DNA of 64,000 nt from Lachnospiraceae bacterium. GTDB taxonomy: Bacteria; Bacillota; Clostridia; Lachnospirales; Lachnospiraceae. A program made the position numbers and the translations under genes. Each line of letters opens with the position of its first letter. The stretch's first letter is position 1. Location of the stretch: contig JAFZKG010000112.1 of the NCBI GenBank assembly GCA_017553695.1, forward strand, positions 19,975-83,974, in the 5' to 3' direction. The notes beneath the pieces are model-generated. The model worked only from the letters and a program-made list of their open reading frames with translations. It searched no databases and was not told the DNA's origin. Below are positions 10,131 through 19,998 of the stretch, in pieces.

Positions 10131-10317
10131 ATCCGTGCTCCCGTTATCTTATGTTTTTTCAATTATAGCGTATGCGATGGCAGCCTTCAAACAGTTTATA
10201 AATAATAAGGTAAAAAGTCTGCGTTTTAGTAGTATTTGCCCTCTGAATATGCTATTCTAACATCAAATGCGCACATGCATTTTATTTCGTGATGCAAAAA
10301 AATAAAAAAGGAGAAAA

Positions 10318-12105
10318 ATGCAAGTCGTGAAAGAGTTGGAATACCCTTTTGACAGCGCCAATATCCTGAAAAAGAAAAAGTCCATCCGAAGACAGCTTCT
10401 GGAAGACGGAACCACCAGGATCCGCAAGAATATTGCGATCCTGGGCGGTTCGACGACGGCCAATGTGGCGCAGGTACTGGATCTGTTTCTGCTGCAGTAC
10501 GGGATCGAAGCATCCTTTTACGAAAGCGAATACAACAAGTATTATGAAGACGCCCTGTTCGGGAATCCGGATTTTGATGCGTTTGACGCGGATGTCATCT
10601 ATATCCACACGGGGATCCATAACGTCATAACTTTCCCGAAGATGCAGGATGACCGGGAAACGATCGATGCGAAATTGAATGCCGAGTTTGAACGTTTCCG
10701 TGCCGTGTGGGAGAAGTGTTTTGAAAAGAAAGGCTGCACGATCATCCAAAATAATTTTGAATATCCATCCTGGCGGCTTTTGGGAAATAAAGATGTGTCA
10801 GACATCCACGGAAGAGTCCGCTTTATCGCAAGGCTCAACCAGATGTTTGCGGATTACGCGGCAGAGACGGAAAACTTCTATATTCACGACGTGAACTATC
10901 TGAGCGCGAGATGCGGGATCGATACATGGTGCGATCCGTTCTACTGGAATATGTATAAATACTGTCCGGCAGTCCCATTGATCCCGGAACTATGTTTTTC
11001 TGTTGCAAACATCATCAAGTCGGTTTACGGGAAAAATAAAAAAGCGCTGGTACTGGATCTGGACAATACGCTGTGGGGCGGCATTGTCGGAGATGACGGA
11101 CCGGAAAATCTGGCGATCGGGCAGGAAAGCGGTCAGGGTGAAACTTATTACGAGTTTCAGGAATACCTGAAAGCGCAGAAGGATCTTGGCATTCTCCTGA
11201 ATATCGATTCAAAGAATGAATATGAGAACGCGATCGCAGGACTCAATGCCAAAGGCTCAGCACTAAGCCCGGAGGATTTCATCCTCATCAAAGCCAACTG
11301 GGATCCGAAAGACCGCAATCTCCTGGAAATCGCGAAGGAACTGAATCTGGGCGAAGACTCACTGGTCTTTGTGGATGATAATCCGGCGGAGCGGATGATC
11401 GTTTCCGAACAGGTCCCGGGTGTAGCCGTTCCGGAAATGGGAACACCGGAGACCTATATCCAAACCCTTGACCATTCCGGCTTCTTTGAAGTGACCAGCT
11501 TTTCTGCGGACGATCTGTCCCGGAATGATATGTACAAGGCAAACATCCAGCGGGAGCAGATGCAGTCGGCATTTGCGGACTATGAGGATTATCTGAAGAA
11601 TCTGGAGATGACAGCAGAGATCCTGCCATTTTCGAAAGAGGTGATCCCGAGGATCTCCCAGCTGACGAATAAGAGCAATCAGTTTAATCTGACAACGCTT
11701 CGGTGTTCCGTCGCTGACATAGAAGAAATGGCGGAGGATGAAAACTGGATCACGCTGTACGGGAAACTGGTGGATAAGTTCGGCGATAACGGTGTGGTCT
11801 CGGTGCTGGCAGCAGAGATTCGTCCGGATCATGCATACAGCCTTGGAAAAGAAGCGCATATCCGGCTGAATCTGATGAGCTGCCGTGTTCTGAAACGCGA
11901 CATGGAATTTGCCATGCTGGACGAACTGGTGCGAAAAGCAAAGGAAAAAGAGGTCACGACTCTGGTTGGCCACTATCTGCCGACGAAGAAGAATGGCATG
12001 GTGGCAGAACTCTATACTGACCTTGGCTTTCAGAAAGAAAACGATGTCTGGATCCTGGACGTCGCATCGTATCAGGATCAGTGTAAGGTGATAAAGATTA
12101 ATTAA
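10318..12105 (+). CDS. FkbH-like / HAD superfamily subfamily IIIC protein (candidate carrier-protein loader)
   Basis: 595 aa. 'LVLDLDNTLWGGIVGDDG' (HAD DxDxT), 'FVDDNPAER' and the C-terminal 'LMSCRVLKRDME' block typical of FkbH-like domains. RBS AAGGAG. Confidence 0.85.
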   Translation: MQVVKELEYPFDSANILKKKKSIRRQLLEDGTTRIRKNIAILGGSTTANVAQVLDLFLLQYGIEASFYESEYNKYYEDALFGNPDFDAFDADVIYIHTGIHNVITFPKMQDDRETIDAKLNAEFERFRAVWEKCFEKKGCTIIQNNFEYPSWRLLGNKDVSDIHGRVRFIARLNQMFADYAAETENFYIHDVNYLSARCGIDTWCDPFYWNMYKYCPAVPLIPELCFSVANIIKSVYGKNKKALVLDLDNTLWGGIVGDDGPENLAIGQESGQGETYYEFQEYLKAQKDLGILLNIDSKNEYENAIAGLNAKGSALSPEDFILIKANWDPKDRNLLEIAKELNLGEDSLVFVDDNPAERMIVSEQVPGVAVPEMGTPETYIQTLDHSGFFEVTSFSADDLSRNDMYKANIQREQMQSAFADYEDYLKNLEMTAEILPFSKEVIPRISQLTNKSNQFNLTTLRCSVADIEEMAEDENWITLYGKLVDKFGDNGVVSVLAAEIRPDHAYSLGKEAHIRLNLMSCRVLKRDMEFAMLDELVRKAKEKEVTTLVGHYLPTKKNGMVAELYTDLGFQKENDVWILDVASYQDQCKVIKIN

Positions 12106-12115
12106 AAGGAAAACC

Positions 12116-12370
12116 ATGATGGAAGAAAAGATTTATGAAACATTGAATGAAATATTCCGGGATGTCTTTGATGATGACGAGATCGTGGTGGATGCGAAGA
12201 CGAATTCCGATACGATCGAGGACTGGGACAGCCTGGAACATATCAATCTGGTGGTCGCCATTGAGAAGGCTTTCGGTCTGAAGTTCTCCATGGATGAGGT
12301 AACCGGAATGAAGGATGTGGGTGAAATGGTGGAGATCATCAAAGCCCGCGGAACGAAACTGGAGGATTAA
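12116..12370 (+). CDS. acyl carrier protein (classical ACP type)
   Basis: 84 aa, acidic. 'EDWDSLEHINLVVAIE' contains the DSL phosphopantetheine-attachment motif. Confidence 0.85.
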   Translation: MMEEKIYETLNEIFRDVFDDDEIVVDAKTNSDTIEDWDSLEHINLVVAIEKAFGLKFSMDEVTGMKDVGEMVEIIKARGTKLED

Positions 12371-12373
12371 CAA

Positions 12374-12598
12374 ATGAGAGAAAAAGTACTGGCGATCCTG
12401 AAAGAGGTCAATGAAGAGATCCCGGAATATGAAGGCGAAGGCCTTCTGGAGGATGGGATCATTGCATCGCTGGATGTGATCGAGATCGTCTCCGCACTGG
12501 AAGATGAATTCGGCATTGTCATTGCGGCAAGGAACATTACGAAAGAAAACTTCGCGACAGTGGACAGCATCTGCGCTCTGGTGGAAAGCCTGCAGTAA
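12374..12598 (+). CDS. DltC-like small carrier protein
   Basis: 74 aa. 'LEDGIIASLDVIEIVSALEDEFGI' resembles the DltC 'EEGLLDSFGTVELL' region, with Ser at the equivalent position. Lies directly upstream of an MBOAT gene, as in dlt operons. Confidence 0.7.
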   Translation: MREKVLAILKEVNEEIPEYEGEGLLEDGIIASLDVIEIVSALEDEFGIVIAARNITKENFATVDSICALVESLQ

Positions 12599-12601
12599 GA
12601 G

Positions 12602-14128
12602 TTGCTTATGACACTGGTCTCCGTTTCCTTCCTGATCTTCCTGGCGGCGGCTGTCCTGGTCTATTACCTGACACCGCAAAAAGGGCAGTGGATCGTATTG
12701 CTTCTGGCTAGCCTTGTTTTTTACTGGCTCTGTTCCAAAGGCTTTCTGATCTTTCTGCTGCTTTTCGCAGGGATCATATATGTCTTTGCAAGATCCTTTG
12801 AGACCGGGAAGAAAAAGCTTTTGGTCCTTCTGGAGGTTGCGATCCTGATCGTGCTCCTGATCGTCCTGAAGTATGCCGGATGGTTTGGGGACGGTTTCGT
12901 CCGTTTCCTTTCGACGATCAGTTTTCAGAAGCCGCTTTCATTTGTGGCACCGCTCGGGATCTCGTATGTGCTCCTGACAGGAATCGGATACTCAGTGGAC
13001 GTGTTCCGGGGAACCGTCACGGCGGAAAAGAACTTCCTGAAAGTATTGAGCTTTCTGTCGTTCTTCCCAGCCATCACGCAGGGACCGATCAACCGTTTTT
13101 CGGATCTGTCCGGTCAACTGATGGAAGGGCACCGTTTCTCTTATGAAGCGCTTGTTTTCGGAATCCAGCGGATGCTGTGGGGTTTCGTCAAAAAGCTGGT
13201 GATTGCCGGAAGGCTGAATGTGGTCATGCTGGAGCTGACCGGTTCCTGGCAGGGAAGCAAATATTCCGGCGCGTATGTGGTCCTTACCGTTGCCATCTGT
13301 TCGCTCAACATCTTTATGGATTTTTCGGGATGCATGGATATCGTGATCGGCGCGGCGGAGATCTTCGGGATCCGTCTGCCGGAGAATTTCGATCATCCGT
13401 ATCTGGCAAGATCCATGCCGGAGTTTTGGAGAAAGTGGCATATCACGCTTGGCGAATGGCTGCGTGATTACGTGATGTTCAGTTTCACGATGTCTGCGCC
13501 CGCCAAAAAAATGAACAAAAGCCTGAAGGGAAAGGTTGGCAGGAAAACAGCGGCTGCCCTGGTCAGTATTATCGGTGTGCTGTTCGTATGGCTGGTGTTT
13601 GGTCTCTGGCATGGGATCTCAGGCACCTTCCTGCTGGCAGCGGCATACTATGCGCTGCTCATTATCGGCGGCATCGTGATCGAAGAACCGGTCAAAAGAT
13701 TCCGTTCAAAATATCCGCAGTTTACGGAATCAAAAGGATTCCAGATATTCCGTACGGTGCGGACGTATTTCCTGGGAATCCCGGGCGCGTATCTGATGCT
13801 GATGCCGCAGGTCAAAAGCGGACTGCAATTCCTGGCGACAATTTTTACCCGCCCGGCCGCGCAGTTTGTGGTGAAGATCACGGAAGGCGAAGGTGCAGGG
13901 ACCTTTCTTCTGGGATTGGATATTTATGATTTTACAGTGCTGATCCTTTCGCTCATCCTGTGGCTCGTTGTGACAACGCTCCACAGAAAGAAGGATGTAC
14001 GGATCCGGCTTTCCAATATACATATTGTTCCGCGATGGGCCATCCTGCTGGCGGTGGTGATCGCCGTCGTGCTGTTTGGTTTTTACGGGGATCTGAATGC
14101 GGGAAGTTTTATTTATCAGGGTTACTAA
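12602..14128 (+). CDS. MBOAT family membrane O-acyltransferase (module 1, DltB/AlgI-like)
   Basis: 508 aa, polytopic. 'FFPAITQGPINRF' and the His block 'FWRKWHITLGEWLRDY'. The start may be TTG 12602 or ATG 12608. Confidence 0.9.
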   Translation: MLMTLVSVSFLIFLAAAVLVYYLTPQKGQWIVLLLASLVFYWLCSKGFLIFLLLFAGIIYVFARSFETGKKKLLVLLEVAILIVLLIVLKYAGWFGDGFVRFLSTISFQKPLSFVAPLGISYVLLTGIGYSVDVFRGTVTAEKNFLKVLSFLSFFPAITQGPINRFSDLSGQLMEGHRFSYEALVFGIQRMLWGFVKKLVIAGRLNVVMLELTGSWQGSKYSGAYVVLTVAICSLNIFMDFSGCMDIVIGAAEIFGIRLPENFDHPYLARSMPEFWRKWHITLGEWLRDYVMFSFTMSAPAKKMNKSLKGKVGRKTAAALVSIIGVLFVWLVFGLWHGISGTFLLAAAYYALLIIGGIVIEEPVKRFRSKYPQFTESKGFQIFRTVRTYFLGIPGAYLMLMPQVKSGLQFLATIFTRPAAQFVVKITEGEGAGTFLLGLDIYDFTVLILSLILWLVVTTLHRKKDVRIRLSNIHIVPRWAILLAVVIAVVLFGFYGDLNAGSFIYQGY

Positions 14129-15175
14129 ATGAAAAAACTGGGAAAGGCAGTACTGTTTTGTCTGATCCTTGCAGTGCTGCTGGCATTCTTAAACCGAATA
14201 CTGATGCCCGACACCACATTTCAGGCAGACACTGAAAAGATCGGGGATGAAGTCGATTACATGGTCGTCGGCACGAGTAATGTGTTTTACTGCGTGAACC
14301 CGACGGTCATCTGGAATGAGGCAGGTTATACGGGATATGATCTGTCGCTGGAGCAGGCACCGTTGATCATCACCTATTACCAGTTGAAGGCAGAACTGAA
14401 GAAAGTGAAGCCAGAGACGGTATTCCTGGATTGTGCCGCGTTTGAATACAATTACGGCATAGCGTCCATGAATCAGCTTGCGCTTGATAAGATGCCGCTC
14501 AGTATGGATAAACTCCGGCTGATCAAAGCGCTTGGAGAGGATGACAAAGACCACCACATCGCGGAAGAGAACAAATACAGCAAGATCAATTATCTACTTC
14601 CGCTGCATAAGTTTCATGACCGGTGGAAAGAGATCTTCGGGGGAACGCTGAAGAGCCGGTATCATGAAAAATATGAAAATACATTCGCGGGATATGTGGC
14701 CACAAAGGATCATTTTGTCTACCAGAATCCGCATAAGTGGCTGCCAACCATGGAAGAGTTTGGCGCTTCCTTTGAGACCAATATCACGGATCTGAACCGC
14801 GAATACTTTGAAAAGATACAGGCACTTTGCGCGGAGCATGACGTGGAGCTCATTCTGATCAAAACGCCTTCCAAAGGATGGCTGCTGGAGACGCATAAAA
14901 ACATGAAGCAGTTCGCCGAAGAGGAAGGGCTGGAATTTCTGGATATGAATGAAGAGACAGTGATCGAGGCACTTGCGATCGATGAACAGGTCGATTTCTG
15001 TGACTCCTCCTCACACTTTAACATATACGGTACTGAGAAGATCAGCCGGTATCTGGCTGAGTGGATGCAGACGCATCAGGACTACGCGGATAAGCGGGTA
15101 CAGGGGACCGGAACGAATGCTTACTGGAACTTTCTGTATGCCGATTATCTGGCATTTAAGAATGCGGAAGATTAG
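14129..15175 (+). CDS. DltD-like / SGNH-fold extracytoplasmic partner protein (module 1)
   Basis: 348 aa. N-terminal TM anchor 'AVLFCLILAVLLAFL'. 'MVVGTSNVF' (block I Ser) and 'FCDSSHFNIYG' (DxxH block). The ATG directly follows the MBOAT stop. Confidence 0.65.
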   Translation: MKKLGKAVLFCLILAVLLAFLNRILMPDTTFQADTEKIGDEVDYMVVGTSNVFYCVNPTVIWNEAGYTGYDLSLEQAPLIITYYQLKAELKKVKPETVFLDCAAFEYNYGIASMNQLALDKMPLSMDKLRLIKALGEDDKDHHIAEENKYSKINYLLPLHKFHDRWKEIFGGTLKSRYHEKYENTFAGYVATKDHFVYQNPHKWLPTMEEFGASFETNITDLNREYFEKIQALCAEHDVELILIKTPSKGWLLETHKNMKQFAEEEGLEFLDMNEETVIEALAIDEQVDFCDSSSHFNIYGTEKISRYLAEWMQTHQDYADKRVQGTGTNAYWNFLYADYLAFKNAED

Positions 15176-15178
15176 ACT

Positions 15179-16654
15179 ATGGTATTTTCGAGTAACATCT
15201 TTCTATTTGTCTTTCTTCCTGTGACCTTACTGTTTTACTTTAACCCGTTTACGAAGAAATGTAAGGACGGCGGACGGACATTCAAGAATATTGTTCTGCT
15301 GATCGCAAGCCTCGTTTTTTACGGATGGGGCGAGCCGCGGTTTGTCTTCATCATGATGGCCTCGATCGTCCTGAACTACCTGATTGGAAGGGGACTCGGG
15401 AAATACGAAGCGAAGAGTATTCGCAGATGGCTGCTGGCCGCACTCCTGGTTTTGAACATCGGCCTTCTGTTCGTATTCAAGTATCTGGGTTTCGTGGCAG
15501 GGATATTCGGAGGAGCGATCTCCATCGCGCTTCCGCTCGGGATCTCGTTTTATACCTTCCAGATCCTGTCTTATGGACTGGATGTGTATTTTAACAAAGA
15601 TAAGGTGCAGAAAAACATTCTGCTCCTGGGCTTATATATTTCCATGTTTCCGCAGCTGGTCGCGGGACCTATCGTGCGGTATGGCGATGTTTCAGAAGAA
15701 CTGCTGAACAGGAAAGAAACGTCCGCAGATATCACCTACGGCGTGCGACGCTTTGTATATGGATTGGGAAAGAAAGTCCTTCTGGCGAACTTCCTGGCCA
15801 TCATCGCAGATTACGCGTTTTTAAGCCCGGGCACCAATTCTGTGATGACCAGCTGGCTGGGGACCATCTGCTATACGCTGCAGATCTACTTTGATTTTTC
15901 AGGGTATTCCGATATGGCCATTGGATTAGGACGTATCTTCGGATTCCATTTTCCGGAGAACTTCGATTATCCATATGTGTCGCTGTCATTTACGGAATAC
16001 TGGCGCAGATGGCATATGACACTGGGCAGCTGGATGCGGGACTATCTGTTCTATCCGCTGCAGAAGAGCGAAGGATTTGTCCATCTGGGCGGATGGGCAA
16101 GAGGCATCCTTGGAAAAAAGAAAGGAAAATATGTTCCGGCGATCTTATCGCTCCTGGTCCTGTGGCTGGCGATGGGTTTCTGGCACGGCGCAAACTGGAA
16201 CTTTGTTCTTTGGGGCCTTTTGTTCTTCGTACTGATGAGCTTTGAGAGCCTGTCCGGGATGGGGAAAAAGGCACTTCGGACGACAGGTGAAAAAGGCTTT
16301 CAGGCAAAAAAGATCGCCTATCACATTTATGTGGTCTTTTTCCTGCTGATTGCCTACGTGTTGTTCCGTGCAGACAGTCTGCCGCTTGCGTTCCGCTATA
16401 TCGGCAACATGTTTGGCGGCACCACAAACTCCTTCGTGGATCAAGACTTTTGGAAGTATTTGAAAAACATCCGGTTTCTGCTTCCGGCAGCGATCCTTCT
16501 GTGCACACCATTTGCCAGATGGATCAGCGGGAAGATAAAGAAACCGTTGGTAAGAGATATCGGAAGGGGTGTGGCCATCCTGGCCATCTTTGTCCTTTCC
16601 GTCCTGTCCATCGTGACAGAGTTTTACAACCCGTTTATCTATTTTAATTTTTAG
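15179..16654 (+). CDS. MBOAT family membrane O-acyltransferase (module 2, AlgI-type)
   Basis: 491 aa. 'FPQLVAGPIVRYGDV' and 'YWRRWHMTLGSWMRDYLFYPL'. Confidence 0.9.
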   Translation: MVFSSNIFLFVFLPVTLLFYFNPFTKKCKDGGRTFKNIVLLIASLVFYGWGEPRFVFIMMASIVLNYLIGRGLGKYEAKSIRRWLLAALLVLNIGLLFVFKYLGFVAGIFGGAISIALPLGISFYTFQILSYGLDVYFNKDKVQKNILLLGLYISMFPQLVAGPIVRYGDVSEELLNRKETSADITYGVRRFVYGLGKKVLLANFLAIIADYAFLSPGTNSVMTSWLGTICYTLQIYFDFSGYSDMAIGLGRIFGFHFPENFDYPYVSLSFTEYWRRWHMTLGSWMRDYLFYPLQKSEGFVHLGGWARGILGKKKGKYVPAILSLLVLWLAMGFWHGANWNFVLWGLLFFVLMSFESLSGMGKKALRTTGEKGFQAKKIAYHIYVVFFLLIAYVLFRADSLPLAFRYIGNMFGGTTNSFVDQDFWKYLKNIRFLLPAAILLCTPFARWISGKIKKPLVRDIGRGVAILAIFVLSVLSIVTEFYNPFIYFNF

Positions 16655-16656
16655 GA

Positions 16657-17958
16657 ATGGAACAAGAGGGAAAAGTTGAAAAGATCATAACGCGGATCGT
16701 CATCGGCATTCTGTTTGCCTTTCTGCTTTCGATCATCGTAGTCGCGATCCTGATCAAAGCAGGCAGAACAGAATTATTCCGCATGGATCACAGCATTGAG
16801 ACGAAAGTCTATGAGATCGGCAAAGAGGATAACGTCCTCCGAAAAGTCTCCAAAGGCTACAGCAATGCGGTGTATGCGGCAAAGAATTATACCGATGCCT
16901 ATTCCAATGATCTGCTGCTGGGACGGCGGAAGATCGTGGAGACAGAGGTGCGCTATAAGAACCTGATCGGGTTTAAGATTTACGCACCGGGCGAATACAA
17001 CAGCCTTCTGTACCTGGAGGATGGGTATCTGGCCAGTGCCAATCCGAAGGAGAGCCCGGAAGACATCCAGAAGATTGCGACCAAGATCAAAGGCCTTTCC
17101 GATACGGCCAAAGAAGCCGGCGCCACGTTCTTTTATATGCAGACGCCGGGCAACATTGATAAGTACGGGGATCCGGAGATCAACCAGGTGCAGGATTTTG
17201 CCAACTACAATGCCGACCTTCTGGTGGAAGATTTAAAGGCATATGGCATCGACTGCCTGGATATCCGGGACAACATGCATGTGGCATTTGATGACTACCG
17301 TTCCCTTTTCTTCCGGACAGATCATCACTGGAGGCAGCCGGTCGCACTTTGGGCGACGAATGAACTGTGTGCATATATGCAGGAGCAGTATGGATTTACG
17401 TATGATGCTTCCTATTATGACCCGGATCAATATGAGGTCGAGGTGCTGCCGGAGCATTATCTGGGATCACTTGGCAGAAAGGCGACCCTGGCTGAAACAA
17501 TGCCGGATGATTTTGAATTGATGCACCCGAAATTTGAAACGGACATGGAACTGTGTCTGGATAAAAAGGGACCATTCGCGGAAAAATATGAGCAGGAAGG
17601 AAGCTGGGAAATCCTTTATGACCGCGAGGAAATGGAATACGATGATATTTACTGGAGAGAGTGTTATCTGGCACTGCTGGCTTTCTACGGAACCGGGAAA
17701 GCGTCTGTGAAAAACGTTCTGGCAGATAATGAAACAACAATCGCGATCGTGGGAGATTCTTTATGCATTCCGGTCACAGCTTTTCTTGCCCTGAATGCGA
17801 AAAAGGTCGTCCTTATCGATCCGCGGTATTTTGACGGCAGTATTAAGGATTATATATTAAAGACAAAACCGGATTTCGTGATCAGTTCCTATTCGACCAC
17901 GATCATCCAGGATTATTATCCGATCTTTGATTTTGATAAACAGCATGAAAAGCAATAA
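16657..17958 (+). CDS. DHHW-motif (AlgJ/AlgX-like) extracytoplasmic acyltransferase partner (module 2)
   Basis: 433 aa. N-terminal TM anchor, 'FFRTDHHWRQP' DHHW motif and 'IVGDSLCIP'. Confidence 0.75.
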   Translation: MEQEGKVEKIITRIVIGILFAFLLSIIVVAILIKAGRTELFRMDHSIETKVYEIGKEDNVLRKVSKGYSNAVYAAKNYTDAYSNDLLLGRRKIVETEVRYKNLIGFKIYAPGEYNSLLYLEDGYLASANPKESPEDIQKIATKIKGLSDTAKEAGATFFYMQTPGNIDKYGDPEINQVQDFANYNADLLVEDLKAYGIDCLDIRDNMHVAFDDYRSLFFRTDHHWRQPVALWATNELCAYMQEQYGFTYDASYYDPDQYEVEVLPEHYLGSLGRKATLAETMPDDFELMHPKFETDMELCLDKKGPFAEKYEQEGSWEILYDREEMEYDDIYWRECYLALLAFYGTGKASVKNVLADNETTIAIVGDSLCIPVTAFLALNAKKVVLIDPRYFDGSIKDYILKTKPDFVISSYSTTIIQDYYPIFDFDKQHEKQ

Positions 17959-19066
17959 GTTTGACAGGATCATCATAGGGGGAGGCATCTACGGACTTTA
18001 CGCCGCGCTTCTTTGCGCACGGAAGAATGAGTCTGTACTTGTGCTGGAAAAAGAATCAGAATGCTTTGCACGTGCGACATATGTGAATCAGGCACGTGTG
18101 CATCTGGGTTATCATTATCCCAGGTCTTTATCCACGGCGGCTGCAACCGCCGGGTATTTTGACCGTTTTGTTTCGGAATACCCGGAATGCATCAACGGCG
18201 CCTTTGACCAGGTTTATGCTACAAGCACACACTTTTCCTGGACGAATGCAGAGCAGTTTGAGAAGTTCGCAAACGCGGCCGGCATTCCGGCAAAGAGAGC
18301 GGCGGTGGAAAAATACTTCAAAGACGGCGTCTGTGACGGCGCGTTCCTGACCACTGAAGTATCGTTCGACGCAAAGATTCTGAAAGAGCGGATGCTGAAG
18401 GATCTGGCGGCTTATCCGGAAGTGACGATCCGGACCAGTGCGCCGTTCACCGGAATCGAGCGGAAAGACGATGCGTATGTTGTGACCGCAGGTGGAGAAA
18501 CATATGAGACTTCCTTTGTCCTGAATACGACCTATGCGTGTGTAAACGAGATCACGTCTCTTGCAGGTTTTGAACCGTTCCGCATCAAATATGAGCTGTG
18601 CGAAGTGATCCTGTGTGAAGTCTCGGAAGAACTCAGGGATGTCGGCATCACGGTGATGGATGGTCCGTTCTTTTCCATCATGCCGTTTGGAAAGACCGGT
18701 CTCCATACGCTGACGAGCGTGACTTTCACGCCGCATGAGACCTGCTATGAAGAACTGGCACGCTTTGACTGCCAGAAGAAGAGTCAGGGAACATGTTCGC
18801 CCGGCGCACTTGGAAACTGCAACACCTGTCCGGCAAAGCCAAAAAGCGCATGGCCGTACATGGAAAAACTGGCAAAGAAATATCTGGATGAGCGGTTTGC
18901 ATTTACTTACGTGGGATCGCTGTATTCCATGAAACCGATTCTGGTGGCATCTGACGTGGATGATTCCCGTCCGACAGCCATTAAGATCCATAGTGAGGGA
19001 CCAACATTCCTCAGCGTATTGTCTGGAAAGATCACAACGGTTTATGACCTGGAGGAGATCCTATGA
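17927..19066 (+). CDS. FAD-dependent oxidoreductase (DAO-like)
   Basis: 379 aa. Dinucleotide-binding 'RIIIGGGIYGLYAALLCARKNESVLVLEKE'. Cys-rich insert 'CQKKSQGTCSPGALGNCNTCP'. The more likely start is ATG 17945 (MKSNKFD..). Confidence 0.8.
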   Translation: MILINSMKSNKFDRIIIGGGIYGLYAALLCARKNESVLVLEKESECFARATYVNQARVHLGYHYPRSLSTAAATAGYFDRFVSEYPECINGAFDQVYATSTHFSWTNAEQFEKFANAAGIPAKRAAVEKYFKDGVCDGAFLTTEVSFDAKILKERMLKDLAAYPEVTIRTSAPFTGIERKDDAYVVTAGGETYETSFVLNTTYACVNEITSLAGFEPFRIKYELCEVILCEVSEELRDVGITVMDGPFFSIMPFGKTGLHTLTSVTFTPHETCYEELARFDCQKKSQGTCSPGALGNCNTCPAKPKSAWPYMEKLAKKYLDERFAFTYVGSLYSMKPILVASDVDDSRPTAIKIHSEGPTFLSVLSGKITTVYDLEEIL

Positions 19067-19989
19067 ATCAAGGCAAAGAACCAAACTTCATTTCGGCAGT
19101 GATTTATGTCCGCAACAACGGGGCAACCATTCCAAAGTTCCTGCAGTATGTGCATGAAAGGCTGGAACAGAACTTCACAGAGTTCGAGATCATCTGTGTA
19201 AATGACGCATCCACGGATCTCTCGGAGCAGAAGATCCGGGAAGCAGCAAAGGATTTTTCCTGCGCTGTAACGATCGTGAACATGGGCTATGTGCAGGGCG
19301 TGGAACTGGCCATGAATGCGGGCTGCGATATCGCGATCGGTGATTTTGTTTACGAGTTTGACTTCGCGGACAAAACCTGGCCGGACGACATGATGGAACA
19401 GCTGTACCGGAAGATGCAGGAGGGATATGATATTGTCTCGGCCTGCCCGACAGGAAAGATCAAACTTTCATCGCGGATGTTTTATTCCGTATTCAACCGC
19501 TTCTCCAATATCAAGGCGAAGATCCGCTCGGAAGCATTCCGCCTGATCTCGCGCCGTGCGATGAACCGTGCTTCGGCCATGAATCACGCGCAGATGTACC
19601 GGAAGGCCGTAAATGCCAACTCCGGACTGGCACAGACGTTCATCGAGTTTGACCCGGGCAAGGAAATGAGTGTGGACAAAGAATCTGCAAAAGAACGTCG
19701 GGGACTGGCAATGGATTCACTGATCCTGTTCACGGATATCGGATATAAGATCGCGTTCATCATGTCCATTGCCATGCTGATCTTCGCGGCGGTCGTCGGC
19801 ATTTATACGGTGGTCATTTATGCGACCGGTCATCCGGTCGAGGGCTGGACTCCGATCATGATCTTCCTGGCAATCGGCTTCTTCGTACTGTTTGCCATCC
19901 TGACGTTCGTGATCAAGTACCTGTCACTGATCCTGAATCTGAATTTCCGCCGCCAGCGTTATGTGGTCGGAAGTGTGGATAAATTATAG
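19063..19989 (+). CDS. GT2 glycosyltransferase with two C-terminal TM helices (GtrB/CsbB-like polyprenyl-phosphate sugar synthase type)
   Basis: 308 aa. 'ISAVIYVRNN..EIICVNDASTD' and C-terminal hydrophobic segments 'IAFIMSIAMLIFAAVVGIY' and 'IMIFLAIGFFVLFAILTFVI'. ATGA overlap with the upstream gene. Confidence 0.8.
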   Translation: MNQGKEPNFISAVIYVRNNGATIPKFLQYVHERLEQNFTEFEIICVNDASTDLSEQKIREAAKDFSCAVTIVNMGYVQGVELAMNAGCDIAIGDFVYEFDFADKTWPDDMMEQLYRKMQEGYDIVSACPTGKIKLSSRMFYSVFNRFSNIKAKIRSEAFRLISRRAMNRASAMNHAQMYRKAVNANSGLAQTFIEFDPGKEMSVDKESAKERRGLAMDSLILFTDIGYKIAFIMSIAMLIFAAVVGIYTVVIYATGHPVEGWTPIMIFLAIGFFVLFAILTFVIKYLSLILNLNFRRQRYVVGSVDKL

Positions 19990-19998
19990 GGGAACGAA

